This document shows, piece by piece, positions 1 to 11,304 of a DNA stretch of 64,000 bases. This stretch comes from Eledone cirrhosa (taxonomy: Eukaryota): NCBI GenBank assembly GCA_964016885.1, contig OZ024740.1, positions 182,714,001 through 182,778,000 of the forward strand. Direction: 5' to 3'. The notes under the pieces are model-generated. The model searched no databases, was not told the DNA's origin, and saw nothing but the letters and a program-made list of their open reading frames with translations. Numbering within the stretch: the stretch's first letter is position 1; each line of letters opens with the position of its first letter. The translations under genes were made by a program, and so were the position numbers.

Positions 1-10
1 AATTAATAAT

Positions 11-232
11 AAGTATTGGTTAGTATTCAGTTTTAGTTTTAAGTTTTTACCGGTTGTGCATTTCTAATGCGTTTCAAAACTAATTTTGAGATATAGCGCT
101 AGTGATGTTTGCTAGTGATGTCGGATTAGAGCAAACATTACGAGCGCTCTATCTAAAAATTATTTTTGAAAAGCATTAGAAATGCGCAACCGGTAAAAAC
201 TTCAAAACTAAAACTGAATACTAACCAATACT
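11..232. repeat. Fold-back inverted repeat (about 100 bp arms) of a PLE-like terminal repeat
   Basis: 11-112 (AAGTATTGGTTAGTATTCAG...GATGTTTGCT) is the reverse complement of 130-232 (AGCAAACATT...CTGAATACTAACCAATACTT) with scattered mismatches. The right arm continues to ACTCGTGTGTCACACCTC near 324-341, similar to the reverse complement of 11633-11650. Confidence 0.9.
163..198 (+). ncRNA. Degenerate minimal hammerhead ribozyme (U3:A8 core variant)
   Basis: TTT-TTGAAAA-GCAT tagaa ATGC-GCAA-CCGG-TA-AAA. GAAA is mutated to GCAA. Homologous to the intact motif at 11732-11769 with compensatory stem changes. Confidence 0.6.
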
Positions 233-353
233 TTTTACTAATTTATACTTATTCCTAATTAAACTATTTTTCACTGGGAAAAATTTGTCAGCATTTTCTT
301 TTCCTTTGTACTAATATATCACAACTCGTGTGTCACACCTCTATTTTTTTAAA

Positions 354-386
<33 letters not shown>

Positions 387-390
<4 letters not shown>

Positions 391-1320
391 TAAAGTTAGT
401 CCTTCATCAGTGATCTTCCAACCATCATTGGTATTTCATCGCTTTAAAGACCATATACCTCCGGTTGGTGCGAGCAATGGCTAAAGAAAGTCGTTGGGAC
501 ATGTAAATAAGGGGAACGAGCGAGAATGTAAACAAACAAAGATGGTAAAGCAACGAAAAGTGAGGAAGAAGGAGTCAAGTCCGAGATTTCCATGAATATA
601 AGTTTGATAAAATTGTGAACGAGAGAGAATAAAGATCATCAAACCTAGTCGAAATGTGAGCAATGAAGGAATTCCGCACAGGTCAAACAGGAGCAAGAAG
701 GAGTCTGGTCCTTGAATTCGGTGAACATAAGTTCTATGAAATCGTAGACAAGAGAGAAAAAAGGAACAACCAGCCTGGTCAAGCGTGCACGAGAAAAGAA
801 TTACGCACAGGTCAAACGGGAGGAAGTAGGAGAGATAGTAGCAGAGAGGGAGTGAGTAATGGGTGAGGAAAAGGCTAACAGAGAGAGTGACTGTTAGAGA
901 GGGTAAATATACAGAGAAAGAGGAAGCAGTGAGAACGAAATAGACGGGTCACAGCGGGGGAAAATATATGTGTGAATATGAAAACAAACGTGCTGCGTGG
1001 TTGCAGATGGGTTACATATGAATAAAGTTAGTCCTTCATCAGTGATCTTCCAACCAGTATTGGTATTTCATCGCTTTAAAGACCATATACCTCCGGTTGG
1101 TGCAAGCAACGGCTAATGAAAGTCGTTGGGACACGTAAATAAGGGGAACGAGCGAGACAGTAAACAATCAAAGATGGTAATGCAACGAAAAGTGAGGAAG
1201 AAGGAGTCAAGTACCAGAAATCGATGAATATAAGTTCTGTGAAATCGTGGACGAGAGAGAATAAAGAACATCAAACCCAGTCGAAATGTGAGCAAGGAAG
1301 GAATTTCGCACAGGTCAAAC
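387..1320. repeat. Unclassified interspersed repeat, partial tandem pair flanked by (TA)n
   Basis: Unit starting ATGAATAAAGTTAGTCCTTCATCAGTGATCTTCCAACC occurs at 387 and 1018, with a third copy at 46952. No convincing protein homology by eye. Confidence 0.85.
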
Positions 1321-1321
1321 G

Positions 1322-1323
<2 letters not shown>

Positions 1324-1385
<62 letters not shown>

Positions 1386-1500
1386 TATATATATACATAA
1401 ATATATATATATACATAAATATATATATATAAATATATATATATATACATAAATATATATATATATATATAAATATAAATATATACATATAAATATATAT

Positions 1501-1540
<40 letters not shown>

Positions 1541-1542
1541 GC

Positions 1543-1595
<53 letters not shown>

Positions 1596-1598
1596 TAT
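1324..1598. repeat. (TA)n microsatellite
   Basis: Long interrupted TA tract that produces the YIYI ORFs. Confidence 0.98.
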
Positions 1599-1940
1599 AT
1601 CATCATCATCATTTTACGTCCGCTTTTCCCTGCTTGCAAGTGTGATGGAAACTGATTCTGGTTTCATTTCTAGAGCTGGATGCCCTTCTTAACACCAACC
1701 TCATTTACAGTGAGTGGTGGGTGTTTTTTTTTGTCGTGGTGCCTACACGTTTGCTTTACAGTGTGGGCTGGGGGCTTTTTTGCCGTGGCACCTCCACGAC
1801 CACTTTGCAGTGGAATGATATGGACCCCAGTCCCTATCATCTCATTTCTACAGCTGAGTAAACTGGAGCAATGTGAAATAAAGTGTCTTGCTCAACGAAA
1901 CAACTCATCACACGGTCTGATAATTGAACTCACAACCTTT
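1599..1940 (-). mobile_element. tRNA-derived SINE (family B) with CORE-like body and RTE-type 3' tail
   Basis: Reverse complement of the copy at 14950-15328, with a (CAT)n tail at the left end and a truncated head. Confidence 0.85.
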
Positions 1941-1953
1941 GCTTGGTTTTCGC

Positions 1954-2338
1954 TTTTCGCTTCTGTGTCTTTTATATCGGTAATCTAATTTATTCGGTCC
2001 TCAATGTTGCCATTGACTGATCAACGGTCAAAAATAATACAGATACAATATAGACACAAACACATATATATATAGTTTATCAAAGTTCTTTCGTTGCACA
2101 TCTGCAACATCGTAAGTGGTGCTATTGGTGCTATTGTTTCCTCCCGTTGTATAGAACGGGAGGAAACAATAGCACCACTGACGATGTTGCAGATGTGCAA
2201 CGAAAGAACTTTGATAAAGTACATATATGTGTTTGTGTCTATATTGTATCTGTATTATTTTTGACCGTTGGTCAGTCAATGGCAACATTGACGTCCGAAT
2301 AAATTAGATTACCGATATAAAAGACACAGAAGCGAAAA
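1954..2338. repeat. Fold-back palindrome (about 190 bp arms) of a hammerhead-bearing PLE-like repeat
   Basis: Near-perfect inverted repeat centred on CCCGTT gtatag AACGGG (about 2150). Each arm carries the hammerhead motif, pointing away from the centre. Confidence 0.93.
2174..2215 (+). ncRNA. Minimal type I hammerhead ribozyme motif
   Basis: acca-CTGACGA-t-GTTGCA gatg TGCAAC-GAAA-gaac-TT-tgat. Same architecture as 30537-30579. The left-arm copy has the core mutated to CTTACGA. Confidence 0.72.
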
Positions 2339-2420
2339 CCAACCAAACAGTGAGTGTGTTCTGTTATTAATTCTGGCAATATTACACAAATATGACCCTT
2401 CCCAAGTATAACAATATATA

Positions 2421-2634
2421 GGAACGATCGACTTTCGTCAAATTGGACCGAGGGAACAATGTTTCCGTTGGTCTTTCCAATTGCTAATACTATCTATCGG
2501 TCTCAACTTCAGGTAGAAGGATCAACGTGAAATAAAGTGTCTTGCCCAAGGACATAACGCATCGCCTGGTCCAGGAATCGCGACTCACAACCTTACGATT
2601 GCGAATCCCATTCTCTAACCACTCAGCCACACCG
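2421..2634 (-). mobile_element. tRNA-derived CORE-like SINE
   Basis: Minus strand reads GTGTGGCTGAGTGGTTAGAG (A box) ... CCTTGGGCAAGACACTTTATTTCAC. Related copies lie at about 7716-7920 (+) and 42760-42965 (-). Confidence 0.8.
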
Positions 2635-2636
2635 TT

Positions 2637-2674
<38 letters not shown>

Positions 2675-2713
2675 ATTACAAGTACAGTTAAACAAAAATG
2701 GAAACAACAATAC

Positions 2714-2765
2714 CAAGTATCCCATTTTTATTGCAACAAAGTGTTGTGTGTTTTTTTCTTCCTTC
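2714..2765 (-). CDS. Candidate exon of a putative PKD-repeat host gene
   Basis: ttcag|G AAG...TAC TTG|gtattg, 52 nt, phase 2 to 0. Encodes KEEKNTQHFVAIKMGYL and continues the frame of exon 3649-3697. Confidence 0.4.
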
Positions 2766-3648
2766 CTGAACTTGAAGATTCGACATACATTTATCTTTTA
2801 GCTCTTTTGTATACACTTTAGAATGGGTGCATGTAGTGTATTGTGTGATAATAAGGTTAACAAATGTTGGATAATTAAGGTAATATCTTTCGTGGATCGT
2901 AGTTGTCTCCCCTTCCCGCTTAGTGACGCTATAATACTTCCTCAGTCAAAAACTGCTGGAATTTCAAATTTGGCGGTCATTCAATGCGGGAAGGAGCAAC
3001 TTAACAGACACGAATTTTAACTGCGGTAAGAAAGTTTTTTTTCTTATATCAAAGTTTAATGGGCTTCCACTGATGATTTATAAGCACTCACCTAAATATA
3101 TTCTAACATGAATGTATTTTAGGCTTCTACATAAACTGGAAATATTCTCCGAATTTGTAGAAAACTTATAATGAAACAATTGTTTGGAAAGAGAGATATA
3201 TTTTAACTTTAATTATATCTCATAAAATAATACAACTGACCTTTCCACATAATACATTGTTAGCACCCCAAACATTTAAATTGGGTTTATATTAAAATAT
3301 AACCTAATGTTTGTTGAGTGAGATGGTTACCAGTCAGAGATTAGCTTTAAACTATCTCTGTTATTGTAGTAATATATATATATATATTCATGATCTATAA
3401 GACACATTTTAAAATCTGATTCACATTGACTTGGAATTGTATAGCTGGAAATATCAAACATTTAGATATTAATCTAAACCCTTTCAAACAGTTTTAAAAT
3501 GAAATTTGAAATAGAATTTAGTGTAACCTTTATAATGTGTAAATATATTCTTAACCCTAGTTTTGTCCTTAATTGTTGATACAAAATAATATGAGTATTT
3601 GTGCCTATGGATATGGTCTGGAAATGTACCTGAAATTTTAATACTTAC

Positions 3649-3697
3649 TCTGTGTGTGTGATCAAGCCACTATTTTCATATATCCAGAGAAGGTTAT
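3649..3697 (-). CDS. Candidate exon of a putative PKD-repeat host gene
   Basis: ttttcatgtatcag|AT AAC CTT CTC TGG...ACA GA|gtaagt, 49 nt, phase 1 to 2. Encodes NLLWIYENSGLITHT and is in frame with both neighbouring candidates. Confidence 0.5.
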
Positions 3698-3740
3698 CTG
3701 ATACATGAAAACCATATAATACCATTACACATCGCATTGT

Positions 3741-3945
3741 GGATTGGCAGCATCGGTAGAATCGGATACTATGCCTTGCAGCATAGAGTTAGAGTCCTTT
3801 ATGGTTCAAATCCCGCCGAGGTTAACTTTGCCTTTCATCCTTAAGGGTTCGATACAATAAAGCACCAGTAATGTACTGGGGTCGATTTAATCGACTTTCA
3901 CCCTCCCCCCAAATTGCTGGCCTTGTGATATACGAGAAACCATTA
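3741..3945 (+). mobile_element. tRNA-derived SINE (family A)
   Basis: TGGCAGCATCGGTAGA (A box), GTTCAAATCCC (B box), GAGGTTAACTTTGCCTTTCATCC body. Other copies at about 4495, 6115 (-), 7003, 10352, 11207, 14494, 32949, 35933, 36437, 46736, 52075 (-), 53130 and 55672 (-). Confidence 0.85.
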
Positions 3946-5652
3946 TCTATTTATAACATTGATATTTTGTTTCAAACTAATACATGAAGCTAATACAATT
4001 TTTCCTTAAAATTCTGATCTTGCTTGTTTTGTAAAGATTCAATTAAATGATCTACAAATGCAAACTAGAAACCAAGAAAACTAGTAGTGATTAGTGTGTA
4101 CAAAGCTTATTTAATATAGTTTGCAAATATGGAATGAATGGATTTTACTACTAAAGATCACTCAAATGCCAGGTGTATATGTTAAACCATTCAATTAAAC
4201 CATTTCCACATTAGAGTATCAATGTTATAGAATAGATAATGTAATGTGTAGTGTACTGATATGATATGGTTTAATTCATGTATCAGATAACCTTCTCTGG
4301 ATTTATAAAATTAGTGGCATGAAACACATACACAGTAAGTATTAAAATTTCAGGCAAGTTTCCAGACAATATCCATTTGGCACAAAATACTCACATGACA
4401 TCTTTAAGAATATTCACATTATTTACTAAATATTTGTCAAATTTGTTATCATGTTTGATAAAATGCTATGCAAGATTTTCTCTGTTTATATATGTTCAAA
4501 TCTCGCCAAGATAAATCTTGCTTTTCATCCTTCAGAGGATGATAAAATAAAATACCAGTAATGCATTGGGTCACTATAATCAGCAATTACTTTAGTCTAA
4601 AATTCTGGCCTGCTACCCATGTTAGAAATTATTATTAATATAGGATTTTTACTTACATTATACAGATCTATGAAATTTAGTTCACATCTTTTTGGCATTC
4701 TTAAAAAATTAAAAATATACGTTCAAAGAATTGAAAAAAAAAAGAGACGAAAATAATTGACTTTTGAATGAAGATCGACTTAAAGTATATAAGCCAATAT
4801 TTCTAAATAAAAAAAAACCTTATTCTGCATTCCATAACCTATAGATTACTTTTGTAGCACAAAATAAAAAAAAAAAGAGAGAATTAAGATAGTACTATGA
4901 AATATAATCTACGTCTATGTAAATAAAAGTTCTTGGTTTCATTTTCTCAATAGTATAGATGCTTACAGCCATAAAGAAAGGAAAACACTAAGTAATTTTT
5001 TATTTCTATTTGTTTAAAAACTTTCATAAACGAAATCCAAGATATATTTGATTGCACCTGATTTTTTTCAAGTTGTGAGGATTTAATTTTCCTTCAGCTA
5101 TTCAACATTTTGCTTAAGGTATTAATCAGTACAAAGGTTTTCTTTCATATTTAAAAATAAGATAGAATACAAACAGATAATACAAAAGATAATATAAAAC
5201 AACAGACAAAAATGTTTTTGAATTATGTCCAATATTTCCTCTTCTAATTAATCAAAAATTAATCTAGACAAATGAATTTGATGAAAATGCCTTCAACTAT
5301 TTAAATTATATGTACTAATTAGAATACAAGTATAAGTTAACTATAAATGTGTATGTGGATGTATGTGTGCATTAAATTGTAGATACGGTAAGCAATTCAA
5401 AATGATTACAAACATGCATCTGAATACAGGTCTTTGCATATAAATACATATACTATGAATATCTAGACTCTTCTTTGTATCTTCGTATGTAAGATTATAT
5501 GAAAATGTTTGCATTTAAATATTTGTATCTAATAGATATAAATATTGTAGATATAATAGATACAGGTGTGGAATTCAGTGAAGCTGAATTACAACAAAAA
5601 GACACACACACACCCACACACACATATATATATATACACATATACAAATATA

Positions 5653-5734
<82 letters not shown>

Positions 5735-7002
5735 TGAATATAGATATGTATAAGGTGTCAGTATGTTAAGTGAAGGTATCCTTTGAGCAATATATGCATT
5801 ATTTAGCAGCAAATTATCATTATTCAATTTATCAATTAACAATGTGTAATGTAACTTGGTGTAAAATGTCTCAGAGATGTTCAACAAGCTTTGTAATATA
5901 TGAAGACAGTAATCAAGTGCAAAACTGAAGCCATAATCAGTTAACCCTTTTGATACCAAACAACTTAAAGCTGTCCTATCTTCTATGATATATAAGGACA
6001 AAGATCCCATAACTTCTTGTGGAGTTTTAGAGGCACTGTCATACAGCATGTCTAGGGCATATTTAAACCTCTCCGGGTCCGAACACAGCCGATTTTTCCT
6101 AGAGGAAGAAGTGACCCCAGTACTAGACTGGTGCATTTTTTTTATCGACCTCAATAAAATGAAAGGCAAAGTTGACCTCGGTGGGATTTGAACTTAGAGC
6201 ATGCAATGAGGTGGGATGAATTCCATAAAGCATTCTATCTGACATCTTAACAACTCTGCCAATTCGCCACCTTCTATAACGTATAAACTATTTAAATTGT
6301 ATATAATTATCTAATAAACTTTCATAATTTTTTTTCATAAGAACATTTAAGTTATCTTCCAAACACCATATTAATAATAGGAAAATTCATTATTTTACTA
6401 AATCTCTTCCACTTTTTGGTTATTTTGTAAAGTCATAGGCAGTTTTTTAATCAGAAATATGCTAAGGATGGGTTGTTGGTGGCCATGGTGACACTCTTGA
6501 CGTTCCACCATTACTATGACTGCCAACGTTATTTTTCCAAACTTAAGAAATCTTTTAAATATTAATTTGAAAGTAGAGGCAATGGAGAGGAGTTCCAACT
6601 AGACTATGTCAATAAAATCTCCATATGGTTTAAATACACGTGTCTCAGCTATCCAAATGGCTAAAGAATATCAGCAAAAGGGCACCCAGGAGTCATTAGC
6701 TGGACACAGCCCATTCCCCTTAGAGTGTAAGAAATTAAGAGCAACAAACATTGCATGAAGGAAGCTTCTTCTCTGAAAGCTTCAACTCTCCAGAATTTCT
6801 TACCATTTATACTTGAAAAATATGAAATTAATAATTCCAATTAAAACAAATGTTTATAAAACAATTCTGTAGTCACAAAGTGATTAACCATTTTATCATA
6901 TTTTCAATAAAATACACTGCTTGTTTTTCAAATAACTTTGATAATAATAATGATTTTTTGGAATTTAGGTAATAAAATCTTTCATTATTTCACGTCCATG
7001 CA

Positions 7003-7176
7003 GTATCGGTAGAGGGTCAGGCTCCATGCTTTCCAGCATAGTTACGTCCCTTTACGATCTGAGTTCAAATCCCGCCGAGGTTCACTTTGCCTTTCATCCT
7101 TACAGGGTCGATAAAATAAAGTACCAGTAATGCACTGGGTAATTGCTGGCCTTGTGCTAAATGTAGAAACAATTAT
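7003..7176 (+). mobile_element. SINE family A
   Basis: TCTGAGTTCAAATCCCGCCGAGG...GGCCTTGTGCTAAATGTAGAAACAATTA. Confidence 0.85.
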
Positions 7177-7396
7177 TTCATTGGTGTATGAGTTATAAAC
7201 TTTAATATTAGATCTAATTTTGTCACCTTTATCAGTAGTTTAAATTAACAGTTCTTTTAGTTTAAAAGTTGAATGTAGAATTAGTGGCAATAGTACTTGT
7301 TTGTTACTACAAGATAAATTAAAATGATGATTTCTTTGGCTGCTCCTAAAGAATCTTCCTTTTGACCATTTGCTTACACCACATTTAGGACCTTAC

Positions 7397-7519
7397 TAAT
7401 CCATTTTTTCTGATAGTTTATTTCAACCCCAGCTTTTTTTAAATCAAAATAATTTGTGTTTAGAAAGTGGTGAGTAGAGTTTAAAAATTGAACCAGAAAC
7501 TTCGTCATAACTTCGTTTC
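7397..7519 (-). CDS. Candidate exon of a putative PKD-repeat host gene
   Basis: ttctacag|GA AAC GAA GTT...TGG ATT A|gtaagg, 123 nt open, phase 1 to 1. Encodes NEVMTKFLVQFLNSTHHFLNTNYFDLKKAGVEINYQKKWI. Confidence 0.45.
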
Positions 7520-7595
7520 CTGTAGAACATAGCCTGTTTGTTCATCATACTGTATTTGTAATCTTTTTTCAGTAATGAACAAGCACAGAACTTAC

Positions 7596-7642
7596 TTGCT
7601 TCAATATGTTTTGTTTTCATGTGGACCTTCTTTTTAGTGAAC
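7596..7642 (-). CDS. Candidate exon upstream of a 76-nt intron
   Basis: tttctaacag|G TTC ACT...GAA GCA A|gtaagt, encoding FTKKKVHMKTKHIEA. An alternative in-frame acceptor lies at 7681. The acceptor overlaps a dispersed repeat motif (GATTTGGTTGCTATTTCTAACAG), which lowers confidence. Confidence 0.35.
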
Positions 7643-7947
7643 CTGTTAGAAATAGCAACCAAATCTTTTGTCATAAAGAAACTGAATAATATAATCCTAG
7701 ATATTCCCTTGTAAAAGTGTGTGGCTTAGTGGTTAGAGAATTGATTCACAATTGCGAGGTTGTAAGTTTGATTCCCAGACCAAGTGATGTGTTATTTCTT
7801 TGAGCAAAACAGTTTATTCCAAGTTGTTCTTTCTACCAGGAGTTGCAACTGGTAGATAGTACTAGCAATGGAAAGACTGTTTCCTTATAGAATGTGGTTT
7901 GGGATCTTGTTGATCGATTCCATTAAAAGGACAGGGTGGTGTTGGCT

Positions 7948-8043
7948 AATCTAGGATTACATTATTCACTAAGGATTACAATCTAGGATTACATTATTCA
8001 CTAAGGATTTCAATCTAGGATTACATTATTCACTAAGGATTAC
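7948..8043. repeat. Minisatellite, 3 x 32 bp
   Basis: AATCTAGGATTACATTATTCACTAAGGATTAC repeated three times. Confidence 0.92.
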
Positions 8044-8427
8044 AATATTCAGTGTCTCTTTAACATGATAGATTGTGATTTCACTGCTATTTCTAACAGT
8101 TTCAATGACCATGGAGAAGATCCACCATGATACGTATGCATGTACATGTATGTAGTGACTAACTATAACAGCATAAATCAACCAATGAAAGTTTGCCTCT
8201 CTGAAGTATAAAATCTTAAGTGAATGTTGTTTCAAAAATGCTCCAAAATATAGTTCATCATCATTCTAAATCAATAGAAAATAGACACTAACAGTTATTA
8301 AGTAAACAATGGAAAATTATGTGAGTTTGCATCTGTACATAAACAGTTGTCCATATTTGCACATTGTTTTGACCTTTTTTCATATGTTCTAAAATTTTTT
8401 TTCTTTTTACTATCAGAAACTGATTAC

Positions 8428-8683
8428 ACTCAATGGAAATAAAGTTGCAGTAATTTTTTGTTTCTTAACCAAAGTGTATGAGATTATTCCATTTGCATTT
8501 GAAATAACATTTTCATCCATAATAAATGGAAACAAACAAAAGTATGTTAAATTATAAGAAAGTGAAGATACCATTTTTTTGTTCAAATACAAATGAATTA
8601 CATTTTTACATTTCAAATTTGAAAGAAATCTATGAAGATATTGGGGAAACCACTGTCACTTTAAATCTGCAACAACACTGAAT
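8428..8683 (-). pseudogene. Candidate PKD-like exon with an in-frame TGA
   Basis: Strong acceptor ttttccttatttatcacag|A, then FSVVADLK*QWFPQYLHRFLSNLKCKNVIHLYLNKK...TATLFPLS. The W...VIHLY spacing resembles a PKD repeat. Donor uncertain. Confidence 0.25.
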
Positions 8684-9270
8684 CTGTGATAAATAAGGAA
8701 AACGAACAAACAAATATTTTCTTGAAACTTTGTGTTTAGATTTTGGCATCCCACTCAATATCAGAAATTGAAAATATGTGGAAAGAATTTTTTTTCCTTA
8801 ATGTTTTAGGAAATCAGTACACATTCAGTTTAAATACATCTTGTATTCATTGCAAGTTTATAATTATATTTTCTGTCTTATCAATTACATTAGCTTTAAG
8901 AAATATGAACTGAGTTTTTTTTTAATTATAGAATGTAAAACAATATTTTCAATGAATGCAAAAATATATTTAATCATTTTGACTGACAATGAAATATATA
9001 TATTTATCCAGCTGCAGTTGTAAATCCAGGAAAGAATAAAAATAATTTCAATGAAACAAAAGAGCAATAGTTTTATACGATGGATTTGTTAGCAAAATTT
9101 TATCACAATGTTTTCTCAAATTGCTGTATTTTTTTAATACAGCATTTATTGTAAATAAACACAATTGATGTAACCATTATACCCATTTTTTTTATCTACC
9201 TTCATTTTTTTAATACATCTGTATATTAATTTTAGTAATTATGTTTTTTTTTTCTTTTCGTAATTTTAAT

Positions 9271-9860
9271 TCTTCTTCATCTTCTTCACCTACTTATTTC
9301 TGAGAAGCTTTTGGGAGCAGAGTCATCAAACACTCCTTCTAGTGAGTCCTGTCAGAAGCAATTCTTCCCAGTTGATCTGGTTGGATTCCCAAGCAAGCCC
9401 AGTCATGTTATCCAATCACCTGGCTCAGGGTTTACTTCTGGGTCTCTTGTTGGTCTGTTTTGCCCATAACATCTGTCCAGCGATTCTTTCCTGAAACATT
9501 CTAACCAGATGCCCATAATATCAGAGCTCTGATCACTCAATTCGGAGAAGTAGCATTTCTACTAGGAGTGACTCTCTTATCTCCGGGCTACTCACTCTAT
9601 CAAGTAACATTACTCCAAAACTCTTCCGAGGAATCCCATTTCAACCTTCTTCTTCTTCTTCTTCTTCTTCTTCTTCTTCTTCTTCTTCTTCTTCTTCTTC
9701 TTCTTCTTCGTCCAGTTATTCCTGAGATGCTCATGGGGGCAGAGACCTAAAATACTCCTTCCAGCGGCTCCTGTCAGAAGCAACCATCACCAACTGATCT
9801 GGATGGATCCCCAAGCGTGATCGGCCAACCTCATTGATGTTAACCAACCATCTTGCTCAA
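9271..9860 (-). mobile_element. Two tandem 3' ends of an RTE-type LINE with (AAG)n tails
   Basis: Homologous segments 9271-9645 and 9648-9860 each start at a (CTT)n tract. The minus strand shows decayed RPR..P..RW.D ORF2 C-terminal residues. Confidence 0.65.
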
Positions 9861-11186
9861 AACCTATATCAGCCCTATCAATTATATTTTATTTACCTTA
9901 TTTCTGTCCATTCAATCTGATGAGAACAAATGAAGTATTGTGAAATAAAAATAAACATTTTATTAACCACTTTATATTTTGTTTTAATATGCAAAGTTAA
10001 AGAACGAAGGAGATTATGCCTAGCTAATGTCATTGTGACGAAAATCATGAATGCATTTGAATGTTAATTTTTAACACTGATGATGTTATTGCTACATGCA
10101 TGACAAACAAAGTTTAAATAACATAAGTAGATGATAGGTAAATATGTGATAACGATGTATGTATATTCTGGAAAAGCAAGCAATGAGGATAGAAAGCAAT
10201 TAAATGTAACAACATGCATTATATATATATATAGTATAAAATATTATATTAGGAAAAACAGGCAAGAAGTGAGGAGAAATTTGAAGAAAGATTATCTATG
10301 AGAGCTGTAATATTTCTTCTACCCACTCACACACATCCATGCTTTGACGTATAGAGTTACGGCCCTTGCCATTCTGAGTTCAAATCCCGCCGAGGTTAAC
10401 TTTGCCTTTCATCCTTACGGGGTCGATAAAATAAAGTACCAGTAATGCACTGGGTAATTGCTGGCCTTGTGCCAAAAGTAGAAACAATTATGTCAGTGTT
10501 AACAACATTTTCAGAGATAAATGAAATAATATATATTTTTTAGATATATTTGTGTAGACAGGCAAGGAGGAGGAAGCAAAGAGAATAATAGCAAATGGGT
10601 TTCAATTATTCATGGTATGATTTGAGTAAGTTACTAAATAGATGAAAGTGAACATTAGAGATGAAAGGATTAATCATGATCACAAAGACGGAAATGCTAC
10701 ATTTGGTGGCAGTCTTTTTTGTCATAAAATTCTGCTAGTCAAAAGAGAAGCAGTTCTTAAGAAAATGCTTGTAGAGTTATGAGGTCAAATCATAGGTTAG
10801 CTAGAACTAAATGTAGAGAAATGTTTTAGGTATTTATGTATAGAATTATATATTCTATCTTTTTTAGAGTTCAATAAATTTTTACAGGTCACAATTTCCA
10901 AAGCTTCCATTGCACAAAGGTCAAAATCCTTTCTTTTGTGTCAATAGGATTGAGCAAAACATAGAAGTGACCACATCAGCTTGTACTCTAATTTTTCTTG
11001 CTTTGTTTCTTATATTTATTTAGCCAACACAGTAGATTTCTGAAACTCAGGATTTTTAAAAGAGTGAGGTTTACTACTATATTTATTGTGTCCACCAGCC
11101 TGGTAAATTAGATAGCCATTCAGAACTTTTCATGTTCAGGGAGGTGAACTCTCCCTGACGAAACAGTTCTTGCCTAATTATGTAAT

Positions 11187-11304
11187 ATTATTTAATTCCT
11201 GCACATTAATCCTTCCGGGATCGATAGAATAAAGTACCAGTAATGCATTGGGTAATTGCTGGCCTTGTGGCAAAAGTAGAAACAATTATTTAATTCCTGC
11301 ACAT
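11187..11304 (+). mobile_element. 5'-truncated SINE family A with a 20-bp target-site duplication
   Basis: ATTATTTAATTCCTGCACAT at 11187-11206 and 11285-11304 flanks the SINE 3' part. Confidence 0.88.

Larger units (their letters stand above)
3591..4394. repeat. Inverted duplication (about 125 bp arms) covering an exon-like unit
   Basis: 3591-3717 is the reverse complement of 4265-4394. Both copies keep the AG acceptor and GTAAGT donor. A SINE lies in the spacer of about 550 bp. Confidence 0.9.

Noticed and set aside
395-460. CTGATGA and GAAA on the minus strand of the 387/1018/46952 repeat as a hammerhead
   Set aside because: No stem II closes between the two core segments in any permutation I could fold.
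1113-1639. YIYI/CVCV-rich ORFs here and at 5.5, 30.7, 33.1 and 45.9-47.6 kb
   Set aside because: Translations of (TA)n, (CA)n and (GA)n microsatellites that happen to lack stop codons.
2822-2879. Plus-strand exon MGACSVLCDNKVNKCWIIK
   Set aside because: It has AG/GT borders but cannot be chained in phase with other plus-strand candidates.
7948-8043. CRISPR-like array (also 38220-38345)
   Set aside because: Contiguous tandem units with no unique spacers, in eukaryotic context.
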